A stretch of 64,000 nucleotides of DNA from positions 4,792 to 68,791 of the forward strand of contig JAWACZ010000004.1 in the NCBI GenBank assembly GCA_038896555.1, in the 5' to 3' direction. Positions 28,084-38,091 of the stretch are shown here, one piece after another. A program made the position numbers and the translations under genes. The DNA is from Candidatus Caldarchaeum sp. Its GTDB lineage: Archaea; Thermoproteota; Nitrososphaeria_A; Caldarchaeales; Caldarchaeaceae. The notes beneath the pieces are model-generated. The model was not told the origin of the DNA, made no database searches, and saw only the letters and a list, made by a program, of their open reading frames with translations. Numbering within the stretch: the stretch's first letter is position 1; the number at the start of each line of letters is the position of its first letter.

Positions 28084-28191
28084 ACACTCATTACTTTTTT
28101 CCTGTTGTCATCCTAGGTTATTACCTGGGAAACATCTTCGAACGAGTTTTGCGACAGGCTTTTTAACCATCGGTGGTCGCAGGCGCCGAGG

Positions 28192-28773
28192 ATGATGTTC
28201 GGACTGTTCCGGAAAAAACAGCCGCTGAAACCCCCCTTCGAAGAAAGGCTGACGGAGATAGTTACGAGGCTGATGACCATTCAGAACCGGATGGACGCTA
28301 AAGCCCGTGCCATGCAGATGAGGGGAAGGGAGCTTTTCAACCAGGTTGTTAAGGCAAAAATGGAGAAGGATAATGAGAGGGCTGCGGTCTACGCCAACGA
28401 GCTGGCCCAGCTTAGAAGAATGATGCATGCTACGGTCAGGAGCCAAGCTTCTTTGGAAGGCGTGGTGCTAAGGCTTGAGGCCGTCAAAGACTACAACGAG
28501 GTCAAGAAAGTCATAGGCCCTGTGGCGGCGGTGGTGATGGCCGTCCAAAAGGATGTCGGAGGCGTCATGCCTGAGATCTCGCACGGCCTCCGAGGAGTCC
28601 AAGACCTGTTGGACGACCTTTCAGTCAGCGTGGGCACCGTCTCTGACACTGTCACGGGTTACAGCGTCTCCGACCCGGAGGCGGAGGCGATTCTCAGAGA
28701 GGCTTCGGAGATAGCTGCGCAAAGGCTGAAAAAAGAGATGCCGGACATAGAGGGCGGGCAGTTCATAACATAA
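28192..28773 (+). CDS. ESCRT-III / Snf7 (CdvB-like) protein
   Basis: Helical hairpin with RAAVYANELAQLRR...LEGVVLRLE, MPEI, EAEAILREA patterns; no C-terminal wHTH. Confidence 0.85.
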   Translation: MMFGLFRKKQPLKPPFEERLTEIVTRLMTIQNRMDAKARAMQMRGRELFNQVVKAKMEKDNERAAVYANELAQLRRMMHATVRSQASLEGVVLRLEAVKDYNEVKKVIGPVAAVVMAVQKDVGGVMPEISHGLRGVQDLLDDLSVSVGTVSDTVTGYSVSDPEAEAILREASEIAAQRLKKEMPDIEGGQFIT

Positions 28774-28803
28774 ATTAATAGGCTGTGAAGACTCAAGGAC
28801 GGC

Positions 28804-31755
28804 TTGACGAATAACGCCGACCAGCTGGTTGAGCTAGGGTTCAAGCTCGGAGGCAAAAACAGGATCAGCTCACCTAAACCATACGAAAGAAGATGGGCTT
28901 CCGAATGGCGTGTAGCTAAATTGTTTGAAGCCAAGCCAGACCCTTCGAAGCCCAAGTTCTTCATATGCGTCCCCTACTCATACCAAAACGGCCCTCTCCA
29001 CCTAGGGCATGGCTTCACCTTCACACGGGGAGACGTGATAGCTCGCTACAAAAGGATGCGAGGTTTCAACGTTCTCTTCCCGTGGGCTTGGCACTGGACT
29101 GGGGAGGCTGTGGCTGGCACGAGCGAGAGATTGCGCAGGGGGGATGAGTCGGTTAAAAGAATGCTTGTGGAGATGGATGGAGTACCTGAAGAGCTGCTGC
29201 ACCATTTCATGAACCCGGAATTCATCTGCGCATACTACACGGCGGAAAACAGACAGGTTGTCGACGTCATGGGCTGGTCCGTCGACTGGACGAGAGAGTT
29301 CTACACCACAAGCTTACATCCATACTACAGCAACTTCATCCGCTGGCAGTATGATGTTTTGAGAAGAAAAGGGCTTGTAGCGATGGGCCGTCATCCTGTG
29401 GTGTGGTGTCCACGCTGCCAAAGCGCCACAGGAGACCACGACAGGCTCAGAGGTGAGGGTATTTACCCAGAAGAGTTCACGCTTATCTACTTTGACGCGG
29501 ACGGGTTTAAGCTCGCTGCCGCAACGCTTAGGCCGGAGACAGTTTACGGCGTCACAAACATCTGGCTAAACCCTCACGCAACATACGTAGTCGTCGAAAA
29601 GGATGGCATCAGGTTTCTAATCAGTAAAGAAGCCGTAGCAAAGCTTTCTGAACAATGGGGGGACGTGAAGGTCGTCAAACCGATACATGCGAGAGAGCTT
29701 ATCGGCAAGGCCGCGACAGCCCCGCTCTCAGGTAGAAAAATTCCAATACTTCCGGCTCCGTTTGTCGACCCATCGATAGGCACCGGCGTAGTCTACAGCG
29801 TGCCAGCTCACGCTCCATACGACTACGTTGCTTTGAGAGACTTGGTTGAAAACTCCAGGCTTCTTACGGATTTCGGCTTAGATGAATCGCTGGCATCATC
29901 GATCAAACCAATCAAAGTTATCAGCGTTGAGGGTTTCGGAGATTTCCCTGCAGTTGAAATCGTGGAAAAACTCGGTATCAAAAGCCAGTCGGACGAAAGG
30001 CTTGAAGACGCAACGAGGGAGATATACTCGCGGGAATTCCACTCGGGAGTCATGGTCGTCGACGAGTTGAAAGGGCTCAGCGTCTCCGTAGCTAGGAAGG
30101 TTGTGCAGGACAGGCTGGTGAAAAACAACTACGGCAGCATCTTCTACGACCTTGCTGGAAAAGTCGTCTGCAGGTCTGGGGACGAATGCGTGGTGAAGAT
30201 CGTTGAAGACCAGTGGTTTCTAACTTTCTCAGACGCCGAATGGAAGGAAAAGGTGAGAAGCCTTGTAAACAGCATGAACATTTACCCGGAGGCGGCGAGG
30301 ACATGGTTCCTCAACGTTGTCGACTGGCTGAAAGACTGGGCCTGCACTCGCAAAACAGGGCTTGGAACGAACCTTCCATGGGACCCGTCTTGGAAGATAG
30401 AAACGCTCAGCGACTCAACGATCTATCCAGCGCTCTACACGGTCAGCGGAATTCTGAACAAGCATTTGGAAACTGCCGCACGCCTGCCGCCTGAGGTTTT
30501 CGACTACGTCTGCCTCGGGCTCGGCGACCCGAAAAAGATCGCCGCCGGAGAAAAGATCGACGTAACGCTTCTGGAGTCAATGCGCATGGAATACCTCTAC
30601 TGGTATGGCGTAGACTTGCGTGTTTCAGCTAAGGACCTCGTCCCCAACCACCTGACATTCTACCTCTTCCACCACACAGGCATTTTTGAGCCTCGGCACT
30701 GGCCTCGTGGAATAAGCGTCAACGGAATGATATCGATAGAAGGGCAGAAAATGTCGAAGAGTAAGGGTAACTTCATATCGTTGAAGACCGCTGTCCAGAA
30801 GCATGGAGCCGACGCGACAAGAATTGCTCTGATGCTGAGCGCCGAGGACCTCGACGACCCGGACTGGCGAACCAAAAACGCCGAGGAAGCAGAACAGTTC
30901 ATCCAAAACTTTCTAAACATAGTTCAAAAGGTTTCAGGAGAGGGTGACAGTTCGGAAGGCCCTGCGGACAGATGGCTGCTTGCCTCTCTGAAAATTTCTA
31001 TCAAGACAGTCACGGATGCTCTTGAAAAGGTGAAAACCCGCACGGCTTGCAATGAGGTTGTCTACGGGATGCTCAACGCTTGGAGATGGTGGGCGAGACG
31101 TAACAACGGAAAGATAACACGTGCGGGGAAGCAGTTTGTTGAGCAGTGGACTTTATTGCTCGCGCCGTTCGCCCCTTTCGCAGCGGAAGAATCTTGGAAA
31201 ACGCTGGGAAAAAACGGGTTCGCCTCCGTTCAGAAGTGGCCGGAAACGCAGCTGTCGATAGACGATGTTTTACCGCTTGTCTACGAGGACGTGGTCAAAG
31301 AAATTTTGTCCGATGTTAGAGAGGTTCTCGGAGTGGTGCGCGGTAAGCCTAAGCGCATCAAGCTATTTACCGCCAGTGAGTGGAAAACATCTCTGGCGAA
31401 AAACCTTCTCAAGTCTTCGCTGTATGAGGCGCTGTCTTGGCTCTCCAAAACTCATCCCGATAAGGCGAAGACAGCGCAGAAAATAGCGCCGAAAATATCT
31501 GAGGTCCTTAGAGGCTGGGAGGAAAAAAGCAGAAAATACCCCGGAGTAATGGAGCTTGGCGACGTTAAAAGCTTAGTGGAGAAAATATTGCCCGCCGACA
31601 GAACTTTAACCCATGAGGCGGCAGCCCTGATAGAGCAAGAGACGAGAATACCGGTGACTGTTTTAGACGAGCAGGAGGCTGTTCAAGGAATGGAGGCCTC
31701 AAAAGCATCTAACGCCACACCGTTAAAGCCAGCAATATACGTTGAAACGGAATGA
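28804..31755 (+). CDS. leuS: Leucyl-tRNA synthetase
   Basis: HLGH, ATLRPET, SVPAHAPYD, KMSKS. Confidence 0.96.
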   Translation: MTNNADQLVELGFKLGGKNRISSPKPYERRWASEWRVAKLFEAKPDPSKPKFFICVPYSYQNGPLHLGHGFTFTRGDVIARYKRMRGFNVLFPWAWHWTGEAVAGTSERLRRGDESVKRMLVEMDGVPEELLHHFMNPEFICAYYTAENRQVVDVMGWSVDWTREFYTTSLHPYYSNFIRWQYDVLRRKGLVAMGRHPVVWCPRCQSATGDHDRLRGEGIYPEEFTLIYFDADGFKLAAATLRPETVYGVTNIWLNPHATYVVVEKDGIRFLISKEAVAKLSEQWGDVKVVKPIHARELIGKAATAPLSGRKIPILPAPFVDPSIGTGVVYSVPAHAPYDYVALRDLVENSRLLTDFGLDESLASSIKPIKVISVEGFGDFPAVEIVEKLGIKSQSDERLEDATREIYSREFHSGVMVVDELKGLSVSVARKVVQDRLVKNNYGSIFYDLAGKVVCRSGDECVVKIVEDQWFLTFSDAEWKEKVRSLVNSMNIYPEAARTWFLNVVDWLKDWACTRKTGLGTNLPWDPSWKIETLSDSTIYPALYTVSGILNKHLETAARLPPEVFDYVCLGLGDPKKIAAGEKIDVTLLESMRMEYLYWYGVDLRVSAKDLVPNHLTFYLFHHTGIFEPRHWPRGISVNGMISIEGQKMSKSKGNFISLKTAVQKHGADATRIALMLSAEDLDDPDWRTKNAEEAEQFIQNFLNIVQKVSGEGDSSEGPADRWLLASLKISIKTVTDALEKVKTRTACNEVVYGMLNAWRWWARRNNGKITRAGKQFVEQWTLLLAPFAPFAAEESWKTLGKNGFASVQKWPETQLSIDDVLPLVYEDVVKEILSDVREVLGVVRGKPKRIKLFTASEWKTSLAKNLLKSSLYEALSWLSKTHPDKAKTAQKIAPKISEVLRGWEEKSRKYPGVMELGDVKSLVEKILPADRTLTHEAAALIEQETRIPVTVLDEQEAVQGMEASKASNATPLKPAIYVETE

Positions 31756-32108
31756 ATGACTCGAAGATACTCTTCATAATAGTTTCGGGCCCCGACGAGG
31801 TCGAAAAAGCACGCCAAGGGCTTAGGATAGCGAGAAACATCGCACGCGAAAAACTTGCGAAAGAGGTTAGAGTTCTGTTCTTGGGGCCTGGAATCTACTT
31901 GCTCGACCCGTCAAACAAACACTATAAGCTTGTCAGCGATTACCTGACGGCTTTGAAGGAGAGCGGTGTTCACGTTGCGGCTTGTGCGGGAAACCTGAAG
32001 GCCTACGGTCTTGAGGAGAAGTTTGACAAAAAGCTTGTAGTCGCGGACGACTCTGCTGCTGTTGTGGCTGAGGCAGCGTCGATGGGTTTTATCACAGCAA
32101 CGTTCTAG
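31752..32108 (+). CDS. DsrE/DsrF-like family protein
   Basis: V.VLFLGPG, GVHVAAC conserved Cys. Confidence 0.75.
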   Translation: MNDSKILFIIVSGPDEVEKARQGLRIARNIAREKLAKEVRVLFLGPGIYLLDPSNKHYKLVSDYLTALKESGVHVAACAGNLKAYGLEEKFDKKLVVADDSAAVVAEAASMGFITATF

Positions 32109-32147
32109 GAAAACGTTTAATAGCACTAACCTAGCAATACGTCGCGC

Positions 32148-33194
32148 ATGGTGTCGGCTAAAACTTTCGCGACAGCAGCCGTCTTCCTAGTTATCGGACT
32201 AGTCGTCGGGATTTTCATAAGCCCAGTGGTGATGCCAGCCCCTAAGCCACAGATAGTCTCAATAAAATTCGTCCTAGACTGGGCTATCCAAGGGCCTCAG
32301 GCCCCTTTCATCGTCGCTCTTGAGAAGGGATATTTTGCTGATGAAGGGCTTGCGGTGACAGTCGATAGAGGCTACGGTTCGGCGGACGCCATCACTAAAG
32401 TCGCATCCGGAGTATATCAGATGGGGTATGGAAGCCTCGACGCCTTAATCGAGTTCAACGTGAAGAACCCCGGCAAAGAGCTGATGGCCGTCTATGTGGT
32501 TCTCAACAAACCGCCCTACTCGGTGATAACCCTGAAGAACAAAGGCATAAATTCGGTGAAAGACCTTGAGGGCAAGAAGATAGGAGCACCTGAAGGTGAC
32601 GCACCGCGAAGGCTTTTCCCCGTACTAGCCAGAGCCACTGGTGTAGACCAGTCGAAGATACAGTGGGTCAGCATGTCGCCTCCGTTGAGAGAGCCGTCCC
32701 TCGTCCAAGGGGAGGTTGACGCCATAACCGGTTTCTACTTCACGGCCTATCTCAACCTAGTGGCGCTGAAGGTTGATCCCTCGCAGATAGTGGCCTTCAA
32801 GTACACCGACTTCGGAGTTGAGCTTTACGGCAACGCTATAATAGTGAGAAAAGATTTCATGCAGTCGAACCCTGACGCTGTCGCTCGGTTTGTCAGAGCC
32901 GTAAACAAGGCGTTGAAAGAAGTTATAAATGACCCGTCGAAGGCCGCGGACTATGTTAAGCTGAGAGACCCGCTTGTCGACCGTGACGTGGAATATCAGA
33001 GGTTACAGCTGGCTTTGAAGGACAACATATTGACGGAAGAGGTGAGGCGTAACGGCTTGGGAGCCGTGGACCGGGCTAGGCTTGAGAAGACGATAGAAGC
33101 TGTCGTAACCGCCTTCGGACTGTCGAGAAAGCCCGCTCCCGACGAAATCTTCACAGACCGCTTCCTGCCACCCAAGGAGGAGAGAACAATCTAA
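32148..33194 (+). CDS. NitT/TauT (NMT1/THI5-like) ABC substrate-binding protein
   Basis: N-terminal anchor, LDW, A.EKGYF.DEGL, DLEGKKIG. Confidence 0.88.
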   Translation: MVSAKTFATAAVFLVIGLVVGIFISPVVMPAPKPQIVSIKFVLDWAIQGPQAPFIVALEKGYFADEGLAVTVDRGYGSADAITKVASGVYQMGYGSLDALIEFNVKNPGKELMAVYVVLNKPPYSVITLKNKGINSVKDLEGKKIGAPEGDAPRRLFPVLARATGVDQSKIQWVSMSPPLREPSLVQGEVDAITGFYFTAYLNLVALKVDPSQIVAFKYTDFGVELYGNAIIVRKDFMQSNPDAVARFVRAVNKALKEVINDPSKAADYVKLRDPLVDRDVEYQRLQLALKDNILTEEVRRNGLGAVDRARLEKTIEAVVTAFGLSRKPAPDEIFTDRFLPPKEERTI

Positions 33195-33224
33195 AAACAC
33201 CCTTTTTTTATAATCGGTGCCGGG

Positions 33225-34010
33225 TTGATAGAATTAAAGAATGTAAGCCTAGAATACGTCTCCAAGTCAGGTTTCCGAACAATATCAACAATAAAAGCGC
33301 TTGAAAACGTCAACCTAGCAGTTGACAGAGGAAGCTTCACGTCTATTGTGGGGCCGAGCGGCTGCGGCAAAACAACTATCCTCAAAATTATATCAGGGCT
33401 CTTACCGCCAACCGGAGGTGAGGTGTGTGTCAACGGCAGGGTTGTCGACAAGCCTCTTTCGATTGTGGGCATGGCTTTCCAAAACCCAGTCCTGCTGCCG
33501 TGGCGAACGGTGCTGCAGAACATCCTGCTGCCATTAGAGGTCGTTGAGCCACACAAATCCCAGTTCGCCGTCAGAAGAAGGGAATATGTCGAGAAAGCTC
33601 TGAACTTGCTCAAAACCGTTGGGCTTGAAGGGTTCGCGGACAAGAAACCATGGGAGCTTTCGGGAGGGATGCAGCAGCGTGTTTCTCTGTGCAGAGCCTT
33701 GATACACGACCCGGCTATACTGCTTCTCGACGAACCGTTCGGCGCGCTAGACCTGTTCACCAGGGAAGAGCTTTGGAACGTTCTACAAAACCTGTGGCTG
33801 AGAACACGCTGCACTGTAGTAATGGTTACGCACGACCTCAAAGAAGCGCTGTATCTATCCGACAAAGTCTACGTCATGAGTAAAAGGCCCGGCAGGGTTA
33901 TCGACGTGATGGTCTCAGACTATCCCAGGCCGAGAGAAATAGAGATAACCTATGACGAGAAGTTCGTTCGTCAGATGCAGAGGCTCCATGAGCTGATAAG
34001 GGTGAAATAA
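33225..34010 (+). CDS. NitT/TauT ABC ATPase
   Basis: GPSGCGKTT, LSGGMQQR, LLLDEPFGALD. Confidence 0.93.
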   Translation: MIELKNVSLEYVSKSGFRTISTIKALENVNLAVDRGSFTSIVGPSGCGKTTILKIISGLLPPTGGEVCVNGRVVDKPLSIVGMAFQNPVLLPWRTVLQNILLPLEVVEPHKSQFAVRRREYVEKALNLLKTVGLEGFADKKPWELSGGMQQRVSLCRALIHDPAILLLDEPFGALDLFTREELWNVLQNLWLRTRCTVVMVTHDLKEALYLSDKVYVMSKRPGRVIDVMVSDYPRPREIEITYDEKFVRQMQRLHELIRVK

Positions 34011-34790
34011 ATGGCGAAACAACCTGTCTCCCAGCTCGTTGTCTCAGCCCTGAAGGAGTACGGCCTGCCAGTCCTAGTGTTCATAGCGTTTTTCGCGGCA
34101 TGGGAGGCTGCCGTAGAAATATTTGACATCCCCGAGTTTGTTCTGCCATCTCCCTCGAAAATATTGCTGTCTATGCGGCAAACCTTCAACATCATTCTCA
34201 TGCATTCCTATGCCACGCTCGAATCCACGCTCATCGGCTTCGCCATGTCAATAGTCTTCGGGCTGGGTTTAGGCCTAGCCGTCGGATACTCAGCAATCAT
34301 ATACAGGGCTGTCTACCCTCTTCTAGTCGCGTTCAACACCATCCCCAAAGTCGCCATAGTGCCAATCCTAGTAATCTGGTTCGGCGTAGGAAAAGTACCA
34401 GCAATACTCACAGCCTTCCTCATCTCCTTCTTCCCCATAGTTGTAAACGTGGCCATAGCCCTCGCCACGATAGAACCAGAGATTAAAGACGTCCTCAGGT
34501 CACTGGGCGCAGGGAAGCGCGCAATATTCATAAAGATAGGCCTGCCCAGGTCGATGCCCTATTTCTTCGGCTCTCTTAAAGTGGCTTCAACCCTCGCGTT
34601 CGTCGGAGCCGTCATATCGGAAACGGTCGCAAGCAACGAGGGAACAGGCTATCTGATGATAGCTGCGAGCTCGAGGTTTGACGTCCCGCTTGTCTTCGCC
34701 GGACTTCTGGTGATATCGTTTCTGGGCATAAGCCTGTTCCTTGTCTTTGCCCTGCTCGAGAAGAAACTCGTGAGCTGGGCTTACAGATAA
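34011..34790 (+). CDS. NitT/TauT ABC permease
   Basis: LPSPS, IPKVAIVP..VIWFG.G, hydrophobic. Confidence 0.9.
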   Translation: MAKQPVSQLVVSALKEYGLPVLVFIAFFAAWEAAVEIFDIPEFVLPSPSKILLSMRQTFNIILMHSYATLESTLIGFAMSIVFGLGLGLAVGYSAIIYRAVYPLLVAFNTIPKVAIVPILVIWFGVGKVPAILTAFLISFFPIVVNVAIALATIEPEIKDVLRSLGAGKRAIFIKIGLPRSMPYFFGSLKVASTLAFVGAVISETVASNEGTGYLMIAASSRFDVPLVFAGLLVISFLGISLFLVFALLEKKLVSWAYR

Positions 34791-34823
34791 AGCTAATGAC
34801 CAGCTCGCATTTCTTATTTCTGG

Positions 34824-35942
34824 ATGAAAGCTCAGAGGGCCTGCCAGGTCTGCGGCAGCATTGGAATAGTGTCGAAAACGATTGGCGTATGTCTAGGCTG
34901 TTTGAGGGAAAGGCCCGACAAAGCGGTTGCCGTAGCTGAGATGGGTCACGCCTACTCGCGGAAACTCTTCAACCTCCCGGTCAAACCGCCAAAAACAGCC
35001 GGCGGCATCCCCTGCAAGCTCTGCGCGGCGGAGTGCGTCATGGGCGACGGGGAGATGGGCTACTGTGGAATACGTGGAAACAGGAAAGGCCGGATGTTTT
35101 GTTTGACGCCGGCCGATTCAGGCCTTCTCCACTACTACCTCGACCCCCACATAACCAACTGCTGCAACGCCTACTTCTGCCCAGCAGCAACAGGATGCGG
35201 ATACCCAAGATACGCTTACAGACGAGGGGCGGAAACAGGATACTACAATCTCGCGCTGTTTTTCTACGGCTGCAGCCTAAACTGCCTCTTCTGCCAGAAC
35301 TGGAGCCACAAGAGGTTGGCGGAAGCACCTACAGTGGACGCTCAAGAGCTCGTAAACGTGACTCTCAGCAATCAGTTGATATCCTGCTGGTGTTGGTTCG
35401 GCGGATCAGCAGAGCCTCAGCTGCCTCTCGCAATAAAAGCATCGAGGCTTATCGCCGAGTCTAAACCCTCCGACAGGATTGTGAGAATATGCTATGAGTG
35501 GAACGGCGACGGCGATCCCGCACTTGTCAAACGTGCCTTGGAAACAGTTGTCGAGACGGGGGGAAACGTGAAATTCGATTTGAAGGCCTTCAACCCAGCG
35601 GTTCACAAAGCGTTAACTGGTATGGACAACGGCCGAATCCTTCAGAATTTTGAGATGGCTTACAGGCTGTTCTACGACAGTAGAAGCGATTGTCCAGTAC
35701 TCGCCGCTACAACGCTGCTTGTCCCAGGATACGTAGACGCGGAGGAAGTGGAGCGCATAGCCGAGTTCATAGCCGGCTTGGACGACAGGATACCATACAG
35801 CCTTCTAGTTTTCCATCCAGACTTCATGATGAACGACATGCCGATAACGCCGTTCAAGCAGGTTGCAGAATGTCACAGAGCAGCTTTGAAACACCTCAAG
35901 AAAGTTCACCTGGGAAACCTGCATCTTCTCCAAAAGATGTAA
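34824..35942 (+). CDS. Radical SAM protein (PflA/AmmeMemoRadiSam-like) with Cys-rich N-terminus
   Basis: GCSLNCLFCQN (CxxxCxxC), DLKAF. Confidence 0.85.
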   Translation: MKAQRACQVCGSIGIVSKTIGVCLGCLRERPDKAVAVAEMGHAYSRKLFNLPVKPPKTAGGIPCKLCAAECVMGDGEMGYCGIRGNRKGRMFCLTPADSGLLHYYLDPHITNCCNAYFCPAATGCGYPRYAYRRGAETGYYNLALFFYGCSLNCLFCQNWSHKRLAEAPTVDAQELVNVTLSNQLISCWCWFGGSAEPQLPLAIKASRLIAESKPSDRIVRICYEWNGDGDPALVKRALETVVETGGNVKFDLKAFNPAVHKALTGMDNGRILQNFEMAYRLFYDSRSDCPVLAATTLLVPGYVDAEEVERIAEFIAGLDDRIPYSLLVFHPDFMMNDMPITPFKQVAECHRAALKHLKKVHLGNLHLLQKM

Positions 35943-36002
35943 CGGAGCGTTGAAACAAACCTCAAATACTCCACGTCAAAATTTTCCAGCGAGCAGACAG
36001 CT

Positions 36003-36107
36003 GGGCCCGTGGCGCAGAATGGATAGCGCACCGGCCTTCTAAGTCGGGGGTCGTGAGCAAAGGGCTTGAAAGCCTTTGCCGATAGGGTTCAAGTCCCACC
36101 GGGCCCG
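36003..36107 (+). tRNA. tRNA-Arg(UCU) with 30-nt intron at 51/52 (36056-36085)
   Basis: CCGGC-CT-TCT-AA-GTCGG; BHB GTCG-TGA / CGAT-AGG, inner stem GCAAAGG/CCTTTGC; removal restores GTGGG/CCCAC T-stem. Confidence 0.92.
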
Positions 36108-36113
36108 TGAAAA

Positions 36114-36188
36114 GCCCTGGTAGCTCAGCCCGGTTAGAGCGGCCGCCTCGTAAGCGGCAGGTCGAGGGTTCAAAGCCCTCCCAGGGCT
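36114..36188 (+). tRNA. tRNA-Thr(CGU), intronless
   Basis: GCCCTGG/CCAGGGC, GCCGC-CT-CGT-AA-GCGGC. Confidence 0.95.
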
Positions 36189-37280
36189 TCATCGGTCCTC
36201 GTCTAAAATACTTTTAAGAGTTTCTGCAAACCTGTTGTTTTCTCTCTTCGTTAACACCGTGACCCGTAGCGAGTTCTGCACCGTGTCCGAAAGGTTTCTG
36301 ACCACTATGCCTTTACTCATGAGTTTTTCATGAACCTGGCCCGCAGAAACACCGTTAAACCTGATTAGCAGGAAGTTTGCGTGAGACGGGTAGACCTTCA
36401 GCCGGCTGTCGGCTTCAAGAATCTGCTTGAGCCTTTCTCTTTCCTCCACGACTTTTCCAACCCATTTCCTTACTTCGTCCACATTTTTCAGCGCCTGCTG
36501 AGCCAGAACTGTTGAGAAGACGCCGACGCTGTTAGGAGGCCTAACCATGTTCAGCTGCTTGATTGTTTCCTGTGCAGCGATGGCGTAGCCAAGTCTAACG
36601 CCTGCCAGCGAAAATGCCTTTGACATCGTTCTAACGACGATAAGATTGGAATAACTTGAAACCAAGGGTGCAAACGTTTTGCCAGAGTACTCATAGTATG
36701 CTTCGTCAACGACCATTACTGAGTCGAGCTCCGTCAACAGCTTACGTAAGACGCTCTGTTCCACCAAGTTGCCCGTCGGGTTGTTAGGGCTACAGAGGAA
36801 AACAATGTGTGTGTTATCTTTGGCCGCTGTCAATATGCTGTCTACGTCGTCGCGGAAGTCGGCTTTTCTACCTACCTTGACCACTTTACCGCCCATTATT
36901 TCTGCGCATACACGGAAATATGAGTAGCTGGGATGGCTTATCAAAGCCTGTCCACCCCTTTCCATGTAGGTTTGAGAAACCATCATCAAGCATTCGTCCG
37001 CACCGTTTCCTACAGTAATCTCATCAACGTCCCTCCCAGCATACTCGGCTATAGCCGTCCGCAACTCACTATAGCTGGTGTCAGGGTAGTTGTTGACGGG
37101 GATTTTCTGAATCTTCCTCGACAACGTAGCCAGCCATCTTTTAGGCTGGAAAGGAGAGGTGTTAAGGTCCATCCTTATAACCGTCTCAGGCCTCAGACCA
37201 TACTTAACAGCGATCTCATGCGTTGGTGTTTCCCAAGAGTATGGAGTGAAGCTAACAAGCTCGCTTCTTACCTGCGGCAT
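36189..37280 (-). CDS. hisC: Histidinol-phosphate aminotransferase
   Basis: GNGADE, CSPNNPTG, DEAYYEY, RTMSKAFSLAGVRLGY. Confidence 0.9.
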   Translation of the reverse strand: MPQVRSELVSFTPYSWETPTHEIAVKYGLRPETVIRMDLNTSPFQPKRWLATLSRKIQKIPVNNYPDTSYSELRTAIAEYAGRDVDEITVGNGADECLMMVSQTYMERGGQALISHPSYSYFRVCAEIMGGKVVKVGRKADFRDDVDSILTAAKDNTHIVFLCSPNNPTGNLVEQSVLRKLLTELDSVMVVDEAYYEYSGKTFAPLVSSYSNLIVVRTMSKAFSLAGVRLGYAIAAQETIKQLNMVRPPNSVGVFSTVLAQQALKNVDEVRKWVGKVVEERERLKQILEADSRLKVYPSHANFLLIRFNGVSAGQVHEKLMSKGIVVRNLSDTVQNSLRVTVLTKRENNRFAETLKSILDEDR

Positions 37281-37375
37281 GAAAAACACTACTTTAGCAA
37301 ACATTTTTAATATTATGTCTGTTCCCGTCGGAAACCGTTTAAATATGAACGGTAACTAATAAGAAAATAGACCTT

Positions 37376-37450
37376 GGGCCGGTAGCTCAGCATGGCTAGA
37401 GCGTTCGGCTGATAACCGAAAGGTCGGGAGTTCGAATCTCCCCCGGCCCA
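37376..37450 (+). tRNA. tRNA-Ile(GAU)
   Basis: GGGCCGG/CCGGCCC, TTCGG-CT-GAT-AA-CCGAA. Confidence 0.96.
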
Positions 37451-37565
37451 CACAGAATTCGTGGATATGTCTTTCGTATGACGGGGGTTTCCATAACTCC
37501 GTTAACGCTTATATTTTCCACGGGCAGTGTAACTGTCAGGCAATATCCTTTGGAGGTGGAGCCGA

Positions 37566-38048
37566 ATGCAGTATGACGAAAGGCTTGAAAAAGCCGAGAG
37601 CTTCGACGAAGTTTACAGACTGGTGAAACAGCTTGTCATGGAGAAGTTTGGTCTCAGGCGCGCGGGTATGGGACTGGTTCTCGCAGACTTGCCTAGCCAG
37701 CTGATGGCCTACCATGAGGTCGGATCGAACGCCATCGTAGTAAACAAAACTTTGCTCAACGCGGTGTCGGCTATAAGTAAGTCCAAGAAAACCGTCAACA
37801 GCTACATATTTGTGATACTTCTCCACGAATACCTGCATACGCTCGGCTTCGACGAAAGACAGACGCGTGAGCTTGTAAAGGAAGCGGTTTTGTCGGTTTT
37901 CCCGTTTGAACACACAGTCGTCCGTCTGGCAACTACATCTGTGTATGAAGTGTTTCCAGAGCTTAAAAACATCCAGCTGCCCGCCGGGTCTTCGAAGCCC
38001 GTCATCGTTAAGGATTTTGACACAGACGGCATCAACTACATAGGTTAG
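37566..38048 (+). CDS. Small zincin-like metalloprotease domain protein
   Basis: LLHEYLHTLG (HEXXH). Confidence 0.75.
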   Translation: MQYDERLEKAESFDEVYRLVKQLVMEKFGLRRAGMGLVLADLPSQLMAYHEVGSNAIVVNKTLLNAVSAISKSKKTVNSYIFVILLHEYLHTLGFDERQTRELVKEAVLSVFPFEHTVVRLATTSVYEVFPELKNIQLPAGSSKPVIVKDFDTDGINYIG

Positions 38049-38091
38049 ATGGAAAAAAATAAATAATATTAGGTAAAGTTTTCACACCACA

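Noticed and set aside
33191..33865. 224-aa antisense ORF over the ABC ATPase, and many similar shadow ORFs
   Set aside because: Fully overlaps a well-supported gene on the other strand
35962..36192. 76-aa minus ORF, and likewise 4075-4287
   Set aside because: Antisense translations of tRNA genes
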